Shown here in pieces: positions 8,269 through 16,461 of a DNA stretch of 44,719 nucleotides. Under the pieces are notes generated by a model. The model was given only the letters and a program-made list of their open reading frames with translations. It was not told where the DNA came from and did not search any database. This DNA is from Nitrospirota bacterium (GTDB taxonomy: Bacteria > Nitrospirota > UBA9217), in assembly GCA_035623825.1 (NCBI GenBank), contig DASPSR010000066.1, forward strand, positions 1-44,719, written 5' to 3'. Position 1 is the first letter of the stretch, and each line of letters starts with the position of its first letter. The translations under genes and the position numbers were made by a program.

Positions 8269-10629
8269 ATGCACAGTGAAAGTTATTGCCAGGACCTGAT
8301 CAACAGCATCACCGACCCCATCATGATCATTGACCGTGAATGCCGCATCAACATGGTGAATGATGCTTTCCTTTCGATGCAGGACGATACCCGTGAGAAC
8401 GTGATCGGCCAGCCCTGCTTCAAGATGCTCCACCATCAGGACATGCATTGCCGGCTGCCCGATGGGGAGTGCCCGTACCGCGATGTATTTGAGACGGGCA
8501 AGCCTGTCAAGGTCACTCACCGCCATTTCACGCGCCGGCACAGGGAGATAATCGTGGAGCTCGCCGCCTCGCCCGTCAGGGACAGGGACGGAAGCGTCGT
8601 GCGCATGATCGAAGTCATGCGCGACGTGACGGCCGAACGCAGGCTCGAGGAGGAGAAGCGGCAGTCCCTGGACCTGCTCGAGAGCGTGCTTGAAGGCATC
8701 GGCGAGGGCGTGGTGGTGGTGGACAGGGAGTACCGCATCCTTACCGCCAATAAGGGCTACTTAAGCCAGGTCGGCAAGTCCAAGGATGATGTCCCGGGGA
8801 TGCACTGCTACGAGGCCTCCCATCATTTCGATTCTCACTGCATGGACAACGGCCATGAATGTCCGGTTAAGACCGTGTTCGAGACTGGTCTACCCGCCCA
8901 GGCGCTGCATATCCACTATGACCGCCAGAATGAAGAGATCTATGTGGAGTGCCGCGCTTACCCGATCAAGGATTCTGCGGGAAATGTCATTCACGCAATT
9001 GAAACGCTGAACGATGTGTCCGAGCGGGTGCGCCTTGAGCAGAAGCTGAAGGATTCAGAGGAAAAATACCGCGATCTGTATGACAACGCTCCCGACGGAT
9101 ATTACTCGCTCGCGGGAAACGGAATGATCGTGGAAGCTAACCGGACATTCCTGAATATGCTCGGATATAGTCGCGACGAGGTCATTGGGAAACTGTACTT
9201 CAATGACCTGCTCTCGGATGAGAGCGCGCAGACGTGCCATACGAAATTCCCGGAGTTCAAGAAGAGCGGCCAGATAGGGAACCTGGAACTCAACATGCTC
9301 AAGAGGGACGGCGCCCTGCTCCCGGTAACGATGCATGCAACGGCAGTGTACGATGGGCGGGGCAATTTCGTCATGAGCCGGTCCGTGATCAGGGACATCA
9401 CGGAAAGGAAGGAGATCGACGACAAAAACCGCAGGCTCCAGGCACAGCTCTTTCAGTCGCAGAAGCTGGAGGCCCTCGGCACGCTGGCAGGGGGCATTGC
9501 CCACGATTTCAACAACCTTCTGGCATCCATCCTGGGTTACGCGTCCCTGGCCAAGACAGACCTTCATCCGGACAATCCGGCATACCAGCATGTGGATATC
9601 ATCGAGACCGCATCGATCCGGGCATCGGAGCTCACCCAACAGCTTCTCGCCTTTGCACGGGGCGGCAAGTATGACGCGAAGCCGACCGACGTGAACACCA
9701 TCGTCCGCGAGGTCGTGGCGCTCCTCTCGCGCATCATCGAGAAGAATATCACGATCGTTCTCGCGACGGACTCGAACCTCCGTCACGCCATCTGCGATGC
9801 CGGGCAGATACAGCAGGCGATCCTGAACATCTGCATCAATGGGCGCGACGCAATGCCGCGGGGAGGGAGGCTCACCGTAACGACGGCGGACGTTCACCTC
9901 GAGGCCAAGGATGTGCAGTTCTTCGTTGATGCCCAGCCCGGTGATTATGTCCGTATCTCCGTGTCGGACACAGGCATAGGTATGGACCGCGAGACTCGGG
10001 AACGCCTCTTCGAACCGTTCTTCACGACCAAGGAGAAGGGGACCGGTCTGGGGCTCGCGCTGGCATACGGCATCTTGAAAAAGCACAGCGGCTTCATCCA
10101 GGTACATAGCGAACCCGGGAAGGGGTCAACGTTCGAGGTGAACCTGCTTGCGTGCATGAACGATGAAACGTGCGTCAAAAAGCAGGACTTCGTGAGCCTG
10201 CGGAGGGGAACGGAGACGATCCTGGTGGTCGACGACGAGCCCATGGTAAGGGACCTCGCACGTGACGTCCTCAAACGGTATGGGTATACGGTCCTGACTG
10301 CAGGTGGGGGAGAGGAAGCAATAGAGAGATTCAGGCAGCGTTCAGATGAGATCGACGCCGTGATCCTGGACATGGTCATGCCCGCCATAGAGGGCAGAGA
10401 GGTATTCCGCAGGATTCAGGAGATGAAGCCGGGCGTGAAGGTGCTCGTCTCGAGCGGCTACAGCCATGACCGGGACGCGGAAGAGCTGATTGAGCAGGGA
10501 GCACGCCGATTTCTGCAGAAACCGTTCCGGATAGCCGAACTGGTGAGGGTGGTTGGGGAGGTGATGGAGGAGAAACAGGAGGGTCACGGGGCCATCGCCG
10601 AGGACCCCGGGAGAAGCAAGAGGGTCTGA
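8269..10629 (+). CDS. Cytoplasmic hybrid sensor kinase: 3 PAS, HisKA, HATPase, REC
   Basis: PAS/PAC ends RDVTAER, NDVSER and RDITER. H-box GGIAHDFNNLL, KGTGLGL, C-terminal REC (VVDDE, LDMVMP, QKPF). Start placed at ATG 8269; the ORF track extends to 8218. Confidence 0.93.
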   Translation: MHSESYCQDLINSITDPIMIIDRECRINMVNDAFLSMQDDTRENVIGQPCFKMLHHQDMHCRLPDGECPYRDVFETGKPVKVTHRHFTRRHREIIVELAASPVRDRDGSVVRMIEVMRDVTAERRLEEEKRQSLDLLESVLEGIGEGVVVVDREYRILTANKGYLSQVGKSKDDVPGMHCYEASHHFDSHCMDNGHECPVKTVFETGLPAQALHIHYDRQNEEIYVECRAYPIKDSAGNVIHAIETLNDVSERVRLEQKLKDSEEKYRDLYDNAPDGYYSLAGNGMIVEANRTFLNMLGYSRDEVIGKLYFNDLLSDESAQTCHTKFPEFKKSGQIGNLELNMLKRDGALLPVTMHATAVYDGRGNFVMSRSVIRDITERKEIDDKNRRLQAQLFQSQKLEALGTLAGGIAHDFNNLLASILGYASLAKTDLHPDNPAYQHVDIIETASIRASELTQQLLAFARGGKYDAKPTDVNTIVREVVALLSRIIEKNITIVLATDSNLRHAICDAGQIQQAILNICINGRDAMPRGGRLTVTTADVHLEAKDVQFFVDAQPGDYVRISVSDTGIGMDRETRERLFEPFFTTKEKGTGLGLALAYGILKKHSGFIQVHSEPGKGSTFEVNLLACMNDETCVKKQDFVSLRRGTETILVVDDEPMVRDLARDVLKRYGYTVLTAGGGEEAIERFRQRSDEIDAVILDMVMPAIEGREVFRRIQEMKPGVKVLVSSGYSHDRDAEELIEQGARRFLQKPFRIAELVRVVGEVMEEKQEGHGAIAEDPGRSKRV

Positions 10630-10681
10630 CAGAGGCCCCTGTTCTCCTTTTCGCCTTGAATCCTGCCTTGACCCTCTCCGA

Positions 10682-11533
10682 CTACCGGGTCTGCAATTGT
10701 GCAGCCTTTACCACGTGCTTTAGGAGCACGCGCGTGGTGACGGTTCCCACGCCCCCGGGCACCGGCGTGATCGCCCCTGCGATCTCCTTCGCCGGTTCCG
10801 TGTCCACGTCACCGAAGAGCTTGTCCCCCTCGACATTGATTCCCACGTCCATAACCGCCGCCCCCGGCTTGATGAAGTCCGTGGTGATCATCCTGGCCTT
10901 GCCGATTGCCGCGACGAGGATATCGGCTCGTTTGCACACGCCCGGCAGGTCTTTGGTCTTCGAATGGCAGACGGTGACCGTTGCATTCTCGCCCAGGAGC
11001 AGCATGGACAGGGGCTTGCCAACGACCATGGACCTGCCTATCACAACGGTCTCCTTACCGCTCATGGGGATCTGATAGAAACGGAGCATCTCCATCACCG
11101 CCTGCGGCGTAGCGGGCGGAAACCCCGTCATGTCCCCGGCCATGATCTTGCCCGCGTTCACGGGGTTGAAGCAGTCGATGTCCTTCTCTGGCGCGAGGAT
11201 GTACTTCACGACGCCCTCACTGATCTGCTTCGGCAGCGGCCTCATCACGATGATACCGTGGATGTTCTTGTCCGCGTTCCGCTGCTTCAGGATGTTGACG
11301 AATTCGTCCTGGGTCGTTGTGCCCGGCAGCTGCTCTATATCGCAGGCAATGCCGTTCTTTTCGGCCATCTTTTTCGCGCTGTTCGCATAGGCTAGCGAAT
11401 CTGCGGCGTCTCCCGCGACCATGATCTTGAGCGCGGGGTTGACCCCTTGTGCCTTGAGCTCCTGAACCTCCCGCTGGATGTCCTGGTCCATCTTCTGCGC
11501 CACTTCTTTTCCCGTTAACAGTTTTGCCGCCAT
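10682..11533 (-). CDS. folD: Methylenetetrahydrofolate dehydrogenase (FolD family, probably monofunctional)
   Basis: Motifs PATPQAV, VIGRSMVVGKP, DVGIN and TPVPGGVG. Start at ATG 11533, behind GGAGGGG. Confidence 0.95.
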   Translation of the reverse strand: MAAKLLTGKEVAQKMDQDIQREVQELKAQGVNPALKIMVAGDAADSLAYANSAKKMAEKNGIACDIEQLPGTTTQDEFVNILKQRNADKNIHGIIVMRPLPKQISEGVVKYILAPEKDIDCFNPVNAGKIMAGDMTGFPPATPQAVMEMLRFYQIPMSGKETVVIGRSMVVGKPLSMLLLGENATVTVCHSKTKDLPGVCKRADILVAAIGKARMITTDFIKPGAAVMDVGINVEGDKLFGDVDTEPAKEIAGAITPVPGGVGTVTTRVLLKHVVKAAQLQTR

Positions 11534-11644
11534 GAGTTGCCCCCTCCGGAATATTGTCAAGTTTCAAGCGCGGACCGGTCGTATTGGGGAAGATCGAGGG
11601 TTCCCTGGTTCGCTATGCTCGATGCCCTCTACGATCCGCTGCGG

Positions 11645-12271
11645 TTATCCCATTTTTTTGTACGTTGTTTCCATCACGGTCTTTTCGAGCGCCGCCACCT
11701 GCTTGAGGGCGTCCTGCGTGCGTGCCCAGGTGCTCTTGTTGAAGATTTCATCCTTGATGCTGTTGACGTTGATCTTGACGTTGAGCGCCGCGCTCTGGGC
11801 GCACGCCTGGGCCAGGAGGACTGCAACACCGGCATCGCTCACTGCTCCCACATTCCCGATGTCAGCCGCCCTCTGTGCTAGTTTCGCCACCTCAAGCGAT
11901 TTCAGCCCGATCTCGAACGGGACCTGGCAGGCCTTTTTGAGGGACTCCTGCATTTTCGCGTTGCGCGCGGCCTTTTCCGCGTCAGTGTTCTTAGGCATCT
12001 TATACACCTCGGAGAGCGCGCCGTAGGCCTCGGTATCCTTCTGTATCAGATCCTGCATCTCGGTCCTCAGCATCTCCGACTCCTTGAGGAGAGCCTCGAT
12101 CTGCGGCTGGACATCCTTGTACTTTTCCTTGCCGAGAGTGAGGTTCGCCACCATGCTCACGAGAGCCGCGCCGAGGGCTCCGGTGAGCGCGGCAACGCTG
12201 CCGCCTCCAGGCTCGGGGGATTTGCTTGCCAGTTTGTCCATGAAGTGCCGTAACGGCTTGTCGATATACAC
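11645..12271 (-). CDS. fchA: Methenyltetrahydrofolate cyclohydrolase (FchA / cyclodeaminase-cyclohydrolase family)
   Basis: Signatures LASKSPEPGGGSVAAL, SDAGVA and LNVKIN. GTG start with SD GGAGG. Co-oriented upstream of folD. Confidence 0.88.
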   Translation of the reverse strand: MYIDKPLRHFMDKLASKSPEPGGGSVAALTGALGAALVSMVANLTLGKEKYKDVQPQIEALLKESEMLRTEMQDLIQKDTEAYGALSEVYKMPKNTDAEKAARNAKMQESLKKACQVPFEIGLKSLEVAKLAQRAADIGNVGAVSDAGVAVLLAQACAQSAALNVKINVNSIKDEIFNKSTWARTQDALKQVAALEKTVMETTYKKMG

Positions 12272-12310
12272 GGATCTATATCCTCCTGCGGGTGGTATTG
12301 TGGAGATGCA

Positions 12311-12339
12311 AGGATAATAAAATTGGCATTCCTTGTCAA
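12311..12339 (-). promoter_or_regulatory. Sigma-70 promoter of fchA-folD
   Basis: Minus strand reads TTGACA-N17-TATCCT. Confidence 0.7.
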
Positions 12340-12456
12340 TAAGAAAATGCCTGCATGGCCGTCACACTGCGGCACCAGATCTTTCTTGTCCAGGGGATCA
12401 GTATGTCATGAGGCTGCGGGATCTTTGCCGCGGACCTGGCAACCGGCTTTTTTCAG

Positions 12457-12486
12457 TTGACGGCGGGAAAGTTTCCCTGTTATAGT
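12457..12486 (+). promoter_or_regulatory. Sigma-70 promoter, likely giving a leaderless transcript
   Basis: TTGACG-N18-TATAGT with an extended TG, 7 nt before ATG 12494. No SD. Confidence 0.6.
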
Positions 12487-12493
12487 TCGCGGT

Positions 12494-12730
12494 ATGAGTA
12501 AAAAGCTGGATGACATGACAGTTGAAGAGCTCAGGGCGGAGCTGAAACGCCTCAAGGACAGTCTCTGCGACCTGGAGGATATGCACTCCTTCACCTTCGG
12601 CAAGACCACGGTGCATATCGGCGCGGAAAAGGCGCAGAACATGCAGTCGGAATTCGAGGAAGAATGCAGGGCGCACAACGAACAGATCACGGAGATCGAA
12701 AAGCTCCTGAAGGCAAAAGGCGCCCTGTAA
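12494..12730 (+). CDS. Small helical/coiled-coil hypothetical protein (78 aa)
   Basis: Codon usage like the neighbouring genes, heptad pattern, and a promoter immediately upstream. Confidence 0.75.
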   Translation: MSKKLDDMTVEELRAELKRLKDSLCDLEDMHSFTFGKTTVHIGAEKAQNMQSEFEEECRAHNEQITEIEKLLKAKGAL

Positions 12731-12808
12731 CCTTCTGCAAGCCCCTCCGCCGCATCCGGGAACCAACAATTTAGACTCTATTATTTTCCCCATAAAGACC
12801 GAAGACTT

Positions 12809-12836
12809 GCAACCTTTAGCTCCGAAAGGTGTCTAA
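12809..12836 (+). promoter_or_regulatory. ECF sigma-type promoter candidate
   Basis: GCAACC-N16-GTCTAA. The same CAACCTTT...GTCTAA motif occurs at 22448-22475 on the minus strand. Confidence 0.55.
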
Positions 12837-12969
12837 TTGATGACAAATCACCGGATATGAACCTGATTTTCAAATCGCCTTATTTAAAGTTTTAATTGTG
12901 TATTTTATAAACTTGTGGTATTTTAAAAACTGACGGCTTTTATAATCCTAGAAAGGGAGGAGTAGATTC

Positions 12970-13260
12970 ATGAAGAAAGTTGCAGCAGTTCTGGTTGTCG
13001 TGGTTCTGGCTTTATCGCTTGTGTCCTTGGCATTTGCCGCCGAGGCGAAGATGGGGACCATCAAGGGTGTGGATGCAAAAGCAGGGACGATAACGTTCTG
13101 TCCGGAAGGCACCAGCACCGACATGACGCTCAAGGCAGACAAGGGCCTAGACCTCAGCAAGATCAAGGTCGATACGAAGGCGGAGATCATGGTTGAGAAG
13201 GACACCGTGAAAGAGATCAAAGAGATGAAGGCAAAGCCCAAAGCAGCTGTTGGTTGCTGA
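12970..13260 (+). CDS. Small exported beta-rich protein with a C-terminal Gly-Cys tail (ExtJ-like architecture)
   Basis: Signal peptide ending AFA, GTIKGVDAKAGTITF strand pattern, ends KAKPKAAVGC, SD GGGAGG. Confidence 0.85.
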   Translation: MKKVAAVLVVVVLALSLVSLAFAAEAKMGTIKGVDAKAGTITFCPEGTSTDMTLKADKGLDLSKIKVDTKAEIMVEKDTVKEIKEMKAKPKAAVGC

Positions 13261-13274
13261 GGACTCATTCCCCG

Positions 13275-13303
13275 GGAGCCGCCGTCGCAGGCGGCTCCTT
13301 TTT
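13275..13303 (+). terminator. Hairpin with T-run (intrinsic terminator; also has SECIS-like spacing)
   Basis: GGAGCCGCC-GTCGCA-GGCGGCTCC-TTTTT. Confidence 0.75.
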
Positions 13304-13791
13304 AGTATCCGGCCTGCACATCCGATCCTTGTTATTCCCTACCGGGCTACCGCGCTTGCGATGAGGTGAAGAGTTATGGAGCGCAGGGGCCTGCAACTCA
13401 AATGCCCTCGCCTATGTCAGGATGAAGAAATTCCGAACAAATCATCGCGCAGAAAACTCATGGGTTTTCTTTCTGACATACAATAGCTCATGCAGTGGGT
13501 GTCCGTGCATAGATGGGCTCCGGGATCGCCGTCCCTGAGTTGGAAAGACGCTTGCGGCCTGATGCTCCTGAAAGCATCATGAGGTCGAGACGGCATCTCC
13601 CGCCGTCGCAAGAAATCTGAGAGCGGAAGCTGCGAGACGTACCGCAATCAGGAAGAGTCGCCAATCGCTGGAGGAAAAGGGAGCGAGGGAACAATATCCC
13701 TTGATTTGTCGGGGAGTTTGTTTTATTATTGGGCTTAAATTTTGAACGTGTCGTTATCACATACATTCGAAAACTCAAGGAGGAGCAGTCA

Positions 13792-14019
13792 GTGGTCAAG
13801 GTCAATCAGGAAAAGCTTCTGGAGAAAATCAAAAAGTTAAAAACGAAAGCGGCGGCGGTGATCGCGAAGTCCGAAGGAACAACCGACACCGCGGAGGTTC
13901 GAAAAGCGCGCAAGAAGGTGAAGCGGGCGCAGCGGAAGCTCCGTTCTGCCAAAGCGTACAAGTCCGGCGGCAAGAAGGCGGAAGAGGCCAAGCCTGCAGC
14001 GGAGAAAGCGTCTGCGTAA
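13792..14019 (+). CDS. Small, very basic helical protein (75 aa)
   Basis: GTG start behind AAGGAGG. Lys/Arg-rich segment RKARKKVKRAQRKLR. Ends 12 nt before rlpA. Confidence 0.75.
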   Translation: MVKVNQEKLLEKIKKLKTKAAAVIAKSEGTTDTAEVRKARKKVKRAQRKLRSAKAYKSGGKKAEEAKPAAEKASA

Positions 14020-14031
14020 GCAGGTATACTG

Positions 14032-14790
14032 ATGCGGCTCCTCTTCTCACGGCAGATGATCCATGTCCTCAGGGTTGCCGCACTTGTCGTGTCCGCTATA
14101 GTCGTCACGACGTGCGCGGGGAGGGAAGTGCCGCCGGCGCCCCCTCCGGTCCCCACCTCGCTTTATTCAGCGCCTTCGTCGTCATCGCCAGCGCCCGCTG
14201 CGAACCCGGCATCCCGGGAAGTGCATCGGGAAGCGGACGTGGCATCCCGGGAAGTGTATCGGGAAACGGGGACGGCATCATGGTACGGCAGGGAATTGCA
14301 CGGCCGTAAGACGGCAAGCGGGGAAATCTTCGACATGAACGGCATCTCAGCGGCGCACAGGACACTGCCGCTCGGCACCACCATTCGAGTTACCAATCTT
14401 GAAAACCAGAAGGCCCTCGATGTGAGGGTGAATGACCGCGGGCCGTTCGCCCGGAACAGGGTCATCGATCTCTCGTACGGCGCCGCGAAAGAGCTCGGAT
14501 TCATTGCGCAAGGTACGGTCGGCGTGCGGATTGAGACCCTGGAGCCGGTTCAGGATACGGGGCAGTACACAGTCCAAGCGGCTGTTTTTGCAGAGATGGA
14601 GAATGCGATGATGCTTAAGGACCGACTCTCTAAGAAGTTCGAGGTGATCTCAATCGTGCCGTTCGAGTCGAACGTCGGGAAGTTTTACCGTGTACGGGTA
14701 GGAGCATACGCCTCCAAAGAAAAGGCGGAACTGATAGCCGGCAAACTTGTGCTGGAAGGCTTGGAGCCGATCGTGGTGAGGAAGGACTGA
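14032..14790 (+). CDS. rlpA: Septal ring lytic transglycosylase RlpA (DPBB + SPOR)
   Basis: Motifs GTASWYG, AAHRTLPLGT, VNDRGPF and IDLSYGAA. C-terminal SPOR domain (YRVRVGAY). Confidence 0.93.
   Translation: MRLLFSRQMIHVLRVAALVVSAIVVTTCAGREVPPAPPPVPTSLYSAPSSSSPAPAANPASREVHREADVASREVYRETGTASWYGRELHGRKTASGEIFDMNGISAAHRTLPLGTTIRVTNLENQKALDVRVNDRGPFARNRVIDLSYGAAKELGFIAQGTVGVRIETLEPVQDTGQYTVQAAVFAEMENAMMLKDRLSKKFEVISIVPFESNVGKFYRVRVGAYASKEKAELIAGKLVLEGLEPIVVRKD
14208..14270 (+). repeat. 33-bp tandem duplication inside rlpA
   Basis: GGCATCCCGGGAAGTG(C/T)ATCGGGAA starts at both 14208 and 14241. Confidence 0.85.
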
Positions 14791-14865
14791 CGGCGGAGGA
14801 TATAGTTAGCGGGGCGATGACTCCCATGTTACCCCCTGCTCAATGCTCCCTATGAGGGTGATGCT

Positions 14866-16365
14866 ATGAAGATCAGCGTCGTAGCAGGACGGATAGAAGG
14901 ACAGAAGGCTGCCGGGGCGGTCATTATGCTCTTCGAGGGCGAGAAGCCAAGACGTGTGGTCGAGCGAATGGACAGAGCTCTCGGCGGCATGATTGTACGG
15001 CTCATGAAGCATGGTGATGTCAAGTTAAAACCGGGTTCGGTCCACCTCATCTATCCTGAAGGCAAAATCGCAGCAGAGCGCCTCGTCCTTGTAGGGCTCG
15101 GCAAACGGAGCGAATTCACGCTCAACCGGCTGCGGCAGGCTGCGGGCAAAGCAGTGCCCCACTTGCGGGACGTTGGTGCGACAGATGTTACGATTTTGTC
15201 GGAAGGGATCAACCTCGAAGCGAAGGAAACCGCTCAGGCATTGACCGAGGGGAGCATGTTGGGGCTCTACCGGTTCCTGAGGTACAAGACCGGAGGAGAG
15301 AATGACCATAACAGAGAGATCAAAACGCTGACAATACTGACGGAGAACTCTTCCGTCGTCACGGCAATGCAGAAGGGCGTCAAGATCGGCGAGATTGTCG
15401 CGGAATCCACCGTCATGGTGCGTGACATGGTGAGTTCCCCGTCTGCCGATATGACCCCGACGATTATCGCTGCAAAGGCGCGCGACATCTCTAAGGAGTT
15501 CGGGCTTAGGCTCCAGGTGCTTGAAAGACGGCAGATGGCGAAACTCGGCATGGGTGCTGTCATTGGTGTGTCCTCAGGGAGCGCACAACCGCCGAAATTC
15601 ATCATCGTCGAATACCGAGGCGGCGGGAAGAAGCGTTTCATCGCGCTCGTAGGCAAGACCATCACCTTCGATTCCGGCGGGATCTCGATCAAGCCTGCGG
15701 AAAACATGGACAAAATGAAGGACGATATGTCCGGCGGGGCTGCGGTGCTCGGAGCGATCCGTTCTGCGGCGGCGCTCAAGCTTCCTCTTAATATCGTCGG
15801 CCTGCTCCCGGCCACGGAAAACATGCCGAGCGGCAGCGCATACAAACCGGGCGATGTGCTCCGTACCCTCTCGGGCCAGACAATCGAGATCATCAGCACC
15901 GATGCCGAAGGCCGGCTCATTCTCGCCGATGCGCTCGTCTACGCCTGCCAATACGAGCCGGCAGTGATCGTGGACATCGCTACGCTCACCGGCGCATGCA
16001 GAATCGCCCTCGGCCAGGAGGCCATCGGCATGCTTGGCGCAGACGACAACGTTAAGCAGAAAATGCGCGAAGCAGGCGAGAAGACAGGCGAACGCGTGTG
16101 GGAGATGCCGCTCTGGGAGGGATATTATGACCTGATCAAGAGCGATATCGCAGACATGAAAAACACGGGGGGCAGGGACGGTAGCATCATCACGGCCGCG
16201 GCACTCCTATCCAAGTTTGTCCAGAACTATCCTTGGGTGCACCTCGACATCGCCGCGACGGCTTGGACCGAAAAGGACCGACCCTACACTCCCAAGGGAG
16301 CCACAGGCATCGGCGTCCGTCTATTGACGCAGTTTCTCCGCGATTACGCGACAGGCTCCAAATAG
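14866..16365 (+). CDS. pepA: Leucyl aminopeptidase (M17)
   Basis: Motifs GKTITFDSGGISIK, MKDDMSGGA, TDAEGRL and WVHLDIA. Confidence 0.97.
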   Translation: MKISVVAGRIEGQKAAGAVIMLFEGEKPRRVVERMDRALGGMIVRLMKHGDVKLKPGSVHLIYPEGKIAAERLVLVGLGKRSEFTLNRLRQAAGKAVPHLRDVGATDVTILSEGINLEAKETAQALTEGSMLGLYRFLRYKTGGENDHNREIKTLTILTENSSVVTAMQKGVKIGEIVAESTVMVRDMVSSPSADMTPTIIAAKARDISKEFGLRLQVLERRQMAKLGMGAVIGVSSGSAQPPKFIIVEYRGGGKKRFIALVGKTITFDSGGISIKPAENMDKMKDDMSGGAAVLGAIRSAAALKLPLNIVGLLPATENMPSGSAYKPGDVLRTLSGQTIEIISTDAEGRLILADALVYACQYEPAVIVDIATLTGACRIALGQEAIGMLGADDNVKQKMREAGEKTGERVWEMPLWEGYYDLIKSDIADMKNTGGRDGSIITAAALLSKFVQNYPWVHLDIAATAWTEKDRPYTPKGATGIGVRLLTQFLRDYATGSK

Positions 16366-16461
16366 CAAGTGCCAATTTCAAACACGCACCGATATCAATT
16401 CCGAATCATTGTCATCGGGATTTAGGATCAGTTCGATATCTGGATATGGGGATGTCCTATT

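Noticed and set aside
9055-10107. 350-aa antisense ORF, and similar long antisense ORFs over dsrA, dsrB, dsrK, dsrP, uvrB and pepA
   Set aside because: All lie opposite well-supported genes and lack SDs or domain signatures.
11534-11644. Possible ZTP or THF riboswitch near folD/fchA
   Set aside because: No consensus elements were recognised on the minus strand here, and the fchA leader is too short to hold one.
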